From contig NIVC01000070.1 of NCBI GenBank assembly GCA_002269645.1, positions 496,001 to 560,000 of the forward strand: a DNA stretch of 64,000 nt. The letters run 5' to 3'. The DNA is from Macrostomum lignano. Lineage: Eukaryota. Position 1 is the first letter of the stretch; every line of letters starts with the position of its first letter. The notes beneath the pieces were generated by a model. That model had not been told where the DNA came from and did no database searches. It worked only from the letters and a program-made list of their open reading frames with translations. Position numbers and translations under genes: made by a program. Positions 10,201-20,700 of the stretch are shown in pieces.

Positions 10201-12624
10201 TGCGTCAGTCGGTTGACAAAGAAGATCTTAAGCGAGCCGTTAACACGCCAGACAACTCGCTGAAGACGCCTGTGATGCTTGCCGCTTTAAATAATTATCC
10301 GACAACAATAAAGCTTTTGCACGAGATGGGAGCCACCGATCTCAGTCAAGGGGTAAGAGTAGCAGCAAAGTTTAAAATAGCGAATACATGTATTCGGAAT
10401 TAGAACTAACAACAACAACAAAGGCGTTACACAGTCCCCTAGTAAGTCGGTGGAGGGAGCGTCAGATAGGCGCGCCGAAGTGCCAGCGAGAGGACAATGT
10501 CGGGCCCATTGACGGTTTCGGTCGCCCCAGCGTCGCTCAAGATGCAGTCTACGTATCTCCGGGTCCTCGTTTGACCCCGCCTGAACGGTCCTGGCGTATT
10601 GAGCAGCTGCACAGGACGAGGGCAGGAGCTTTTAGCCCCGGATCACGTTGCTTGCCAGTTGGAGATGGTGGAGTTAGAACTAGCAGTATCAATGTCTTAC
10701 GCAGAGGGTCCCAGCACCCCACAAACATTGTAGCGCCCTCATAAAGAAAGCTCGATTTCCACCAATAACGAATGAGAGGAATTTAACTTTTGCCACCCAT
10801 TGGACGTGGTATTCACCAGCCTAGGAGACACAAGTAGGGGCGCCCATCAAGAGACAGAGATGCCAACCCAGGAGATCAAACCCAGACACCAGATGGCAGT
10901 GTAAAATTGATTTTTTGTCAACCTTTTCAGGACCGAGCCAAGCTAACGGCTCTTGCGCACGCGGCTATGCGAGGGAACAAGGACTGCATTGCCGTTCTGC
11001 TCTCTCTGGGCGCAGAGCCTCACACAGAAGACTTTAGCGGTAATACGCCTCTGATCTGGGCGGCTAGAGAAAACCACTTTGATGTAATTGGAAAACTGAG
11101 TGAGGTTCTGCAAAATCTGTCGAATTGGACACATCGTGGCGAGTATAATATGAGCGCGTTGGAGTGGGCGACTTACTTGCAGCATCATAAGATTGCGAAT
11201 TTGATTGTGCTGAGGTAAAGGCTTCTTTCTCTGCTCAAGTTTACCTCTTTACACTTCTTCCGCTTCAAAACTGTATTTGAGTGTACATTTGAAATTATAA
11301 TTTCTTTTCTAGACTTACACACAGTGAGCGTAAAAGCGCACAACTTTTACAGCGCATTTTCTGGTGCAGGCGTCTAGAGATACAGTGTATAGCAGTGTAG
11401 TGGAGAATGAAACTGATTGTCGTAATCTCATTCCAACTAGCGCTATCAAATAAGAAGCACACACTTAAGCCTTTTCGTTTCGCAGTTTTATTTTTATAGT
11501 CTCTTTCTCTCGTGCCTAAGTAACTGCTTTAGGCTATATTCAAGTGGTGTTTTGGCTTAATTGTCTGGCCAAAAAGCTAGGTAATCTCATCATTATACTC
11601 GTAGCTGGTATATCTTTATACGGCATTAAGCATCCATATTCTAAAGAATTCCTAACTACACTACTCACGAGTAGACAGAGCAAATATTCTTTAGATAAAC
11701 ATCGATCCAGCTTTCACAATTTTATAACCGTTGCCTCTGATAACGTAGGATATGAATTTGTCGTCTTTTATGAACATTTATAGCCACTTTTTTAAATCCA
11801 GCATCAACAGCCTCCAAACCGATGCTCGGGCTCAAGAAGCTGCACAGGAAATGCCATCAATTGAGGCTTCTGAAGCAATCAGTGCACAATTACCGCTACC
11901 TGCGCTTCTGCCCAACGACCGATACCGGATGCTGAGCAGGCCGAGCTCAAGAGGCGTTGCCATCATGATAAATAATGTGGATTTTGACAATACAGACAGG
12001 AGAAACGGTGCGATGGCGGACACCCATGAGACAGGACTGTACCAAGCCTTTGTCAAATTGGGATTGCGCGTTGAGACTCACCATAATTTGAGTAGCCACT
12101 TTTTCAACAGCCACAATCTAATCAGCCTAAACAGGCATGAGACAGAGTACGAGCAGCACGATGTGTTCGTGCTCTGCGTTATGAGCCACGGCGAGGACGG
12201 CCACATCATTGGTTCTGATGGTGGGCGAATCGAACTCGAGCCTTTGTTCAACCAGGTGCGCCAGTGCGACAGCCTCGCGGGCAAGCCGAAGATTTTTATA
12301 GTACAGGCCTGTCGCTTGTTGAGTACCTCCCATCCTGCAGAGTCAGCCAATGTCATTCGCGGGCAAGACTGTCTGTATATCTACAGCGCTTGCAGAGGTC
12401 AGCTGTCGGGGCGAGATCCCAACACTGGTTGCATATTTATTCAAGCGCTCAAAGACGAAATCTTGGCCGCCGACCTACGATCTGTCGAGTTCACTCACCT
12501 GCTGCCTAAAGTTGTCAAGCGAGTTCTGGAACTGACTAACGGCGCTCAGGTTGTGAGTTCGGAGACAACTCTTTCTAAGCTGCTGTGCCTTCCACCAACA
12601 CGCGATCTGTTAACCAATCTGTAA
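7211..12624 (+). CDS. SH3-like x3 / ankyrin-repeat / caspase protein, paralog 1 (~1038 aa if one apparent frameshift is corrected)
   Basis: Exons 7211-7753, 7927-8417, 8512-8557, 9089-9549, 9763-9795, 9918-10352, 10931-11214, 11802-12624, all GT-AG with the same phases as paralog 2. SH3 motifs TGETGSFP and KWLAYLNGKADYFPEEY; ankyrin motifs GDTAAHLAA, GLTPLMVAV, GNTCLHAAV, GSTPLM, GNTPLIWAA; caspase SHG and QACR. One extra A is needed in the A6 run at 9991-9996. Confidence 0.85.
11802..12624 (+). CDS. Caspase (peptidase C14A) domain exon of paralog 1
   Basis: RGVAIMINN..RRNGAMAD..VLCVMSHG..LAGKPKIFIVQACR..DCLYIYS..SGRDP..FIQAL..QV..TLSKLL; catalytic His/Cys dyad present. Confidence 0.92.
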
Positions 12625-13696
12625 ACGTCTAAAGTGCCATTTACTCATTTGAGCTCGTATAACTACATGTCCGAGCTATATAGCTTTAAACTTGAATGAC
12701 AGACGACTTCTTAGTTATACGGTCAGCCAGTTTTTTATAAACATGCCATTAACATTGACTGCAGTATTATACTCTGTGATACTTTTTTAAAGTTACTCGT
12801 ACACGAGCGTATATTAATACTTGAAAAATGTTTTATAACAGCAACATTGATATATAGCTACCTCTTGTGGATATCTAATTCTGTTTTTATAAATCTCTGC
12901 ACTAAGAAATCTCACGCGCGCCTCTACAGTATTAAAAACATTTTCGAACATTTTTAAGCGTTGGCATGCCTCGATCTAAAGCGTCATATGGCTTTTACCT
13001 AATGATTGTAAAGTAGTCTGATATGCTCTATATTAATCGTGTGGATAAACGCTGAATTCGCATTGATAGCTTCGATCAGAACAATTTTTTCCGTAGCTAC
13101 TAAAGATTCCCAAGGAAAAATATGGTATTGAGAATTAGACACAGTTAAAGAACTACATTTTCCATCGCTATTTGAAATGCGGGTGTCTGTCTTGGTTCTT
13201 AAAGTTATGTTCGATTTTGTATGCACCAGTAACTGAAATGCATTTGCTACATAAATACGAAAACTATATAGGCATCCATGTAACTTCTCATTCTTTTGAC
13301 ATGAATAGAGAATAGAATACTGAGCACTATACAAAAGTTGTAAAACTTGCACTCTAATTCTGTGTGATGTTGATCCTTTATTTATTTATTTCCAAAGAAA
13401 TGTTTCACTTTTATCTGTTTTCCACAATGAGACTGCAGGCAGCTATATTTATCCAGAAATTTGTTTTGGGACAACAAAGCAAGGAAAAAATCGTACCAAC
13501 TGTCATCCGCTGTGTAAAGTCAGTTTCTTCCTATTTCGGGGCATTCATTTCTTATGCAACTTTTGTGCGATCTCTACGCTTTTATTTTTTATATTGTCAG
13601 GAATTTTTAAGTTGAAATATAATTAAATTCAGTCAGCCATGATTAGAAATACAAAATGCACTTTATTTCTCATATTTATACTGACATTATACTTAC

Positions 13697-16488
13697 ATGC
13701 ATGTAACCTCCTCGCAGTTTGAGGAGGTCACCCGGAGTGATGGGCGCCTTGCGCGCCGGTGGCTTGGCGAGTTTGCGCTGGACACCGCGGAGGAGCAGGT
13801 CGATGCGGGGGTCGCGAGGAAGGCCGCGGCCGGTCTTGAGCTTGCAGTGCAGGTCTGCGGCGTTAATGTACGCACCGACACTGGCATGCGAGGAGAGGCG
13901 GTCGGACAGCGCGATGATGTAGTGCGCGACCTGCTGCAGAGGCGGTCTGGTGCTGTCGATGCGCATCTGCTTGCAGAACCGCTTCCAGGAGTCGATCTGG
14001 CAGCGGTAAGAGCGCGTGGTAGTCTCAGCGAAGGCCAGGTGGCAAAGCTCGCGGTAGCGTTTGCTGAAGTTCGCGCTCGGGACTTGAGGCGGGCGATCTG
14101 TTGGGCGAGAAATTCGCAGGTGGCTGGCGAGAGGGTGTGCTCTCTAAGGTTGCTAAGGTCAACGTGAACAGAGCCAAAGAGCCGGAGCAGGAAGTTTGTC
14201 AGCTCGCTGATGTCATCGGCTCGGCTGCCACTATCAGCGAAGATCTGGAATGTCCCGGGGACGTGGAAGGCCTGGACGGAGAGGTCGCGGTGCGCAGCGA
14301 GGAGCATCAGCTGTTGCAGAGCCGAGTTGACGACCCGATTTGGCGACGAGCCCTTGTTGATGGCGCCGACTGCGGCGGTGCTGTCAGAGTAGATCACAAG
14401 CTGGCTGCCCAGTTGCAGCTGCTGCTGGAAATGCAGGGCCGTAAGCACTGGCGCGAGACTTTCCTTGAAGTTGACGTGCAGCGGCTCGATCTCGGTTGAG
14501 TCGCGGTGCCAGTCCATGATGAGCCAGCTGGTGATGTCTGGGCCGCGGATGATGCCGCAGCCGCCCCAGTTGGACGCGTCGGACTCGATGGCCCAGCTGG
14601 GCCCGTTAGAACGCCAGATTTTGCAGCTGGGGGAGGCGGCCAGGCAGGCGTCCCACCAGCTAAGGATCTCGCGGAGATCATTGTGCACGCGCAGTTTATG
14701 CCGCTGCTGCTTCAGGTCGCTGAGTTCGAGCAGGAGTGGTCTCAGGAAGCACCTCCCGATGCGGACCACCTGGCAGACCCAGTTGATGCGGCCACAGAGC
14801 GATTGGAGCTGGCGCTTGGTGATGCGCTTGCGAGAGAGCGCGGAATGCAGCTGAGACTTGGTGGCGTCGAGCTTGTCCTTCGGAAGCTCCAGCAGGCCGC
14901 TGACGGTGTCGATGAGGACGCCCAGGTAGACTAGTCTGGTGCACGGCGCCACCACCTTGCTCCAGTTGATGGAGAAGCCAAGCTTCCGCAGCAGATTGAG
15001 CAGGGTGTTGAGAGCGAGCTGGCAGTCGTCCTTGCTGGAGGCTGCTATGGCGAAGTCGTCGAGATAACTGCCGATATCGTTGAAGCCCCGTCTCTGCATC
15101 ATGCGCTTGACAGCCTGGCTCAGGCGGTGGAAAACTTCCATGGAGGCAGCAGCGCCAAAGGGGAGCCGCGTGTCGCAGATGTACGAATCGCTGCGCTGGT
15201 CGCTGAATTTCCACTTCAAGCCGGTGAGCCGAAAATCGTGCGGGCTGATGCCGACACTCCGGTAGGCATTGGCGAGGTCGACTTTGGCCATGAACCAACC
15301 GGGCTGCAGCTTGGCGGTGAAGTAACTGACGGTCTCGAACTTGATTCTGTTGTCGGAAGAAAATCGGCTGTTTAGGGAGAGACCCGGAGGGTTAGAGCAG
15401 TCGTAGATGAGACGAATCTTGTTGTTGCTTTTCGGAATGGCGCCAAGGGCGCTGATGACCTCCGGTTTGTCATTGACTTGAACGTAGCGGCCATTAAGGA
15501 TTTACTCTCGCATCTGCTGCTCGACCAGCTGCCGGTAACTGTTGACTGATAGGTAGTTCTGGATTTCTGACATAGTTGAGGCTCTTTCTGACGGGTCAGG
15601 GCAGGTGAGTTGGAAGCCGTTGCGGATGCCATTCAGCAGGAATTCGCGGTCAGGATCATCAGCCAGCTCAGCTTCCCAGGCGGCTGTGGCGAGGTCGGAT
15701 GAGAAAGCGACGGACTCGAGGGGCTTGGGACAGGGCCAGCCGGGGGGCAGCGGGGGTTCGACTTTGGCTTCGGCCGGGGCAACTGCGCTGCCAGTTGAGC
15801 CCCCCGGCCGGCCGCGATCTAGTTTTTTTGAAGTGCAGAACTGGCGCGGGTGCGCCTCGTAGCAGGCGGAGCAGACGTGCCTGAACTTGCAGTCGCGCCG
15901 TAGGCAGCCGTTGCGGTTGAACTTCACGCACAGCTCCCGCCCCTCAGGATCGATCGGGCCGACGAAGCCGGACGGCTGCTGCTTTGGCCTACTGGGCTTG
16001 AAGTTGGTGCGCTGGGAGATCGCGTGCCGCCCTGATTTGACTTTGGTGCCAGAATGTGCTTGGATAGCGACTGCCGCTCCCAGCTGCCGCTCGACTGGTG
16101 TTGCAGGATCCTGAAGTCTTCATCGTAACAGTTGAGGGCGGCATGACTGAAACCCTGGTGCATAAACTCGCCGAACTGCACACAGTAGTGAACGTAGGCC
16201 TTCAGCTGTTCAAGATCCACCGCGCCATCCTTAACGGTGACCAAGAACCCTTCGTCGAGGAGTTTCAGCAGGATTCGGTTGCTGCCTGCTACCCACTGAC
16301 CCGCCGAGATCTGCTCAGTCCGGACTCTAGACTTCTCGCCAGAGGCAGGCTCCTCGCCATCACGGTTGATAAAGTCCTTTACCAGAAGGGGCTTTGACGG
16401 TCCTGACGGCCTGGCAGAAGTGCTGTAGAGGCCTTGAGGGCCCAGGTCTGGCAGTCCCAGCTCCGGCTCATAGGCAGCAGGGGACCGG
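13697..16488 (-). mobile_element. Ngaro/DIRS-like tyrosine-recombinase retrotransposon, 3' part (gag C-terminus, RT, RNase H, truncated YR); degenerate
   Basis: Gag Cys/His finger (ELCVKFNRNGCLRRDCKFRHVCSACYEAHPRQFC); pol start (WEAELADDPDREFLLNGIRNGF); RT AKVDLANAYR..LPFG..YLDDF; RNase H ESDAS..DS..AD; overlapping YR N-terminus (..LLRGVQRK..RKAPITPGDLLKL) cut off at ~13700. No methyltransferase between RH and YR, as in Ngaro. Several frameshifts and a stop. Confidence 0.85.
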
Positions 16489-16853
16489 TGTCGCGAAATT
16501 TCAGCTTGCTCTAATAGAATTCACTTTCTCCCTTTTCATTTTCTTCCATTCCCTGTGTGCCTAGTCCATCTTCTATCTGCCGCGCTCTACGTACTGTACA
16601 TTCTTATCTTGTTTTCCGATTATCGATCGGTGAGTTTTCAGTCAGCCCCCCCTCTCGGTCTCGTTAGAGCATTTTAGCCCTCGCCCTTCTTACCCATTTC
16701 TTCTTATCTTTTCTCTCCCCCCTCTCTCAACCACGTAAATAAATATACTTGTTTGGGCCCTGCGCCCACTTACTGGCGTATCTTAGTATTCAATTTTCAA
16801 CAGTATTCAACATCCTGTTCAACTTCTAGTTTTTTAGTCTATTTTTCTCGACA
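16489..16853 (+). repeat. BEL/Pao 5' LTR
   Basis: 365-bp near-identical direct repeat of 23635-24002. Confidence 0.95.
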
Positions 16854-17782
16854 TGGCGCCCGACTGAATTGAACCCGAGTTATATTCTGCTACTATCGAT
16901 ATTCACCTCGTTCACTACACTGCTTCTGCTTGTGACCCTTCGTTCGGCTCGTTTATCGTCTCGCATCGTATCGATTTCGTTACCTCTGCGTTCGTCCGCT
17001 CGTCTTCGTCGAATCTGCCTTCGTTAACTCTTCTTCTTCTTCTTCTTCTTCTTCTCGCTTTTTGTCGCCTTTCGGCATAGCTCACCGGGAGTCCCTTACT
17101 CCAGCTCTTACGCTTCGCATTGCCGATCTTGTCTCTCTCGCCTGCTCTCTCCGGTGATTCACGATGGTTTTGTTTAAAGAGGTCCCACGGTTCGTTATGC
17201 CGTGGTCACTCTGCCGGGTGCGGTTTTGCCCGCGGGACGTGGTTTTCAAATCACGGCCGCGGGCCTCACCGCCCCCCCCGGTTCCTTATTTGCCAGACTG
17301 GCACGCCAGTCTGCCCGCTTGGCACCAATCGTGGAGGTTGGGAACCATCGCCAAGCGCCTTCGTTAACTCTGCGTTCGTCTGCTCGTCTTCGTCATCGTC
17401 TTTGCTTCTCATCGGGCTCAAGGCTTCAGACTCTGTGCTCACTCCGGATTCAGGACTCAGGACGGACGAACAGGTCAGCTGCCTGGGGAAGTCGATTCGT
17501 CTGCCAGCTAAGTTTTCATTTGGACTGTTTCAGTTGGCTGTTCGAGTTTCCATTAATTTATAATCCTTTCTATTCATTGCGTGTTGTTTGTTTCACTGCT
17601 TTGCTATCAGTCACGTAGTCGTAGATTTTCACTTTGCAATTTTATTCACATTTTCCTAATTCAGTAAAATTTTCGCTTGCTTTGGGTGTGCACTGAGGTT
17701 AGTTGTGGGTCCTACTGCGCTCCTCTCTGAAATCTCTCACTGCTAGCTGGTTGGTTGCTGCTCGTTGCTACTCGAGGTCGTT

Positions 17783-20700
17783 ATGTCTGCGGAGGTCAAG
17801 AAGAGGGCTCTGATTAGAGCAGCTGTCACTCGGACTATCGCGAAGGCAGACAAGCTCTTGTCGCTTAGTTGGTGGAATGCCGAAGCCGTTGCTGATGCTG
17901 AGGCGTGCTTAGAGGTTCTCAAGGAGAAGCTGGAGGCGTTAAAAGGTGCAGATGAGGTGATTCAGGAAGATCTCTCTGAAGATAAGATGAAATCTGAGTT
18001 GGCTGAGAGCTATGACTACTCGTTTCGCTGCCGCAAGTACATTAAATTGCTGGAAAATTCCCCAAGTTCAAACGTGGCGCTTCAACAGCCTTCAGGCTCC
18101 GCTCAACCTCAGGTGAAGCTACCTAAGTGTCAGCTACCGACCTTTGATGGGACAGTTACGGGTTGGCAGACCTTTTGGGATCAGTTTTCGTCATCTGTGG
18201 ATTCAAATTCATCGCTCGCTGATATCGACAAATTCAATTACTTGCTCGCTTCTCTCTCTGACTCCGCCAAGGCTGGCATTCGGGGTCTGGCGGTGACGGG
18301 TGCGAATTACGCAGCTGCAATCACAATTCTGCGAGATCGGTTTGGCAAGCCAGATTTGATAGTCAGAGACCTCATGCATCAGCTGTCAGAGCTTAGGCTA
18401 AGTGACACCTCGCTTTCAAGCCTTCAGCGTTTTCATGACGATGTGTCTGCTGCCGTGCGCAGCCTTGAAGCTCAGAATGTGCAAGCTGCCTCGTATGAGA
18501 CATTGTTGCTGCCAAACCTACTCAAGCGGTGCCCAGATGAATTTAGGTTGGACATGCTCAAGTCAGCCGCTTATTCAGGATCACAGTGCGATTCAGTTAA
18601 GGACTTTTTACACCTCTTAAGCCGGGAAATTGAGGTTCGTGAGAAGGCTGTTTTGATTGGCAAGAAGACTGGACACGATCGCGAGCGGTCTGGAGGCTCG
18701 CCGAAGCCTTCACTTTCAACTCTGACAGTTCAATCTAGCTCGAATAGCACACCAAAGGAACATGGCAAAATCTTCTGCACTTACTGCAAGGCTGGACACA
18801 AGTCTGAAGATTGTCTTCAATTTGCAACAGCGAATAGACGTCGCGAGTTTTTGCACCAGGAAAAACGTTGCTTTCGGTGCTTGCGCACAGGTCATGGTGC
18901 TCACACGTGCAATGATCCGCGGCAGTGCAGATTCTGTGACGGCGCACATCACGTGAGCATTTGCAACAAGGCTCCAGCAAAAACTGTCATCACTAGGCCT
19001 GCCGGTCTAGCTAAGTCTAATAAACCTGCCGGAAAGCAACTTGGAAGACAGGCAAGGTCAAATAATCAGTGCTTAACTACGACTGCAGTTTCCGCTGAGT
19101 CCTCGCCACTCGATCATTCGGCTCAAGCTCAGTCTAATAATTCGAACGCGCGGGCCGATGCTGGCAGCTCAGTCACCGTCTGTGCTACTCATGAAGAGCC
19201 GGCACCGGTCGCTTCACCGAATCACGTCTCTGATCATTTTTCTTCGACCATGTTCCTTAGCAGCAATCCTTCAGTGGCCCTTCCTGTTGCCAAAGCTATA
19301 CTGTTGAGTGCTGATGGTCAGCGAGAGCTCCTGATTCGGGTGTTGCTCGATACAGCTAGCAACAGATCCTACATCAGAAAAGATGTATGCGATCTCTTAG
19401 GCATCACGGCAACCAGGAGTGAGCCATTGACTGTGTCGACATTCACTGGTCTCACTACAACAATCGAATCCGGTACTGTCACTTTCTCAATCAGGAAAAT
19501 AGATTCGCGTCAAGTTTTGAACATCCGTGCTAATATGATCAATGATATCTGTCAGCCTCAGCGCTCAGTCTTAGTGAACCAGTTTCCTCATCTGCGCAAT
19601 TTAGACTTAGCAGATCCGCATGACCCACGCGATGAGAGCACGCCAATTTCTGTGCTGATCGGGGCCGATCAATATTATGATATCGTCGGCGGAGAAGTAA
19701 TTCGTGGATCATCTGGACCGTCAGCTGTGTCGTCAAAGTTGGGTTTCGTCCTTTGCGGGCCAGTCAAGTTGACTGAGGACTCCGGCAGTCCCTCGAACAA
19801 TTCAGCAGCTGATTGGCCAAGTGAAGCTTCTCAAGTTCTCTGCTGTACAGTTGCAGACCCACTGACTGTCACTTCTGACTGTGACTTGTCCCGATTCTGG
19901 CGCTTAGAAGCTATTGGTATCTCAGAAGTTCAGTGTCAGTCCTCGATCGATGAATTCGTTTACGACCCGCAGCTCATCAACGGACGCTACGAAGTCAAGC
20001 TTCCTTGGAAGCATCCAGATAGCTCACTCGTGCTACGCAATCATTTTGATCTCGCATACAAGCGTCTGGACACGACTATGCGCGCTCTCTTGCGCCAACC
20101 GGATACGTTCGAGAAAGCATTTGCGATCATCCATGAGCAGGAAGCTACAGGCGTCATTGAGAAAGTGCCGGATGCCGACCTACAGCAGGATACTAACTGT
20201 CATTATCTTCCTCATAGCTGTGTCGTGAAAGCTGACAGTGAGCACACAAAACTGCGTATTGTCTTTGACGGTTCTGCACGCGCTTTCAGGGAAGATTATT
20301 CAATCAACGATCATCTACAAGTCGGTCCGACGGATTTTCCTCGCATTCCCGAGATTCTCCTGCGCTTTCGTCGTAACCCTATTGCTATTCTTGGTGACAT
20401 TGAGAAAGCATTTCTCCAAATCTCTGTTCACGCTAGCGATCGCGATATGCTGCGTTTTTTGTGGCCCGATTTGTTGGACGAAAGACAAATATGGCATTAT
20501 CGATTTTGCCGTCTACCATTCGGTTTGAGTTGTTCGCCAGGTGTGCTCCGAGCTACCATCCTGCGCCATCTGGACACGTTTGAGTCTGCTTTTCCAGAAT
20601 GTGTCGGTATCGTTCGGAAAGACCTTTACGTCGATAATCTCGTAACCAGTTGTAATTCGGACACAGAAGCTCTAGCTCTGTACCATGACGCTAAAAAATT

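Noticed and set aside
11213-11218. Stops immediately after several ankyrin exons as designed truncated isoforms
   Set aside because: Phase-2 donors (GTAA/GTGA/GTAG) automatically create in-frame stops; this is expected.
13697-15400. Long plus-strand ORFs opposite the Ngaro-like pol, and similar ones opposite the Gypsy pol and the kinase
   Set aside because: Antisense shadows of GC-rich coding sequence with no independent motifs.
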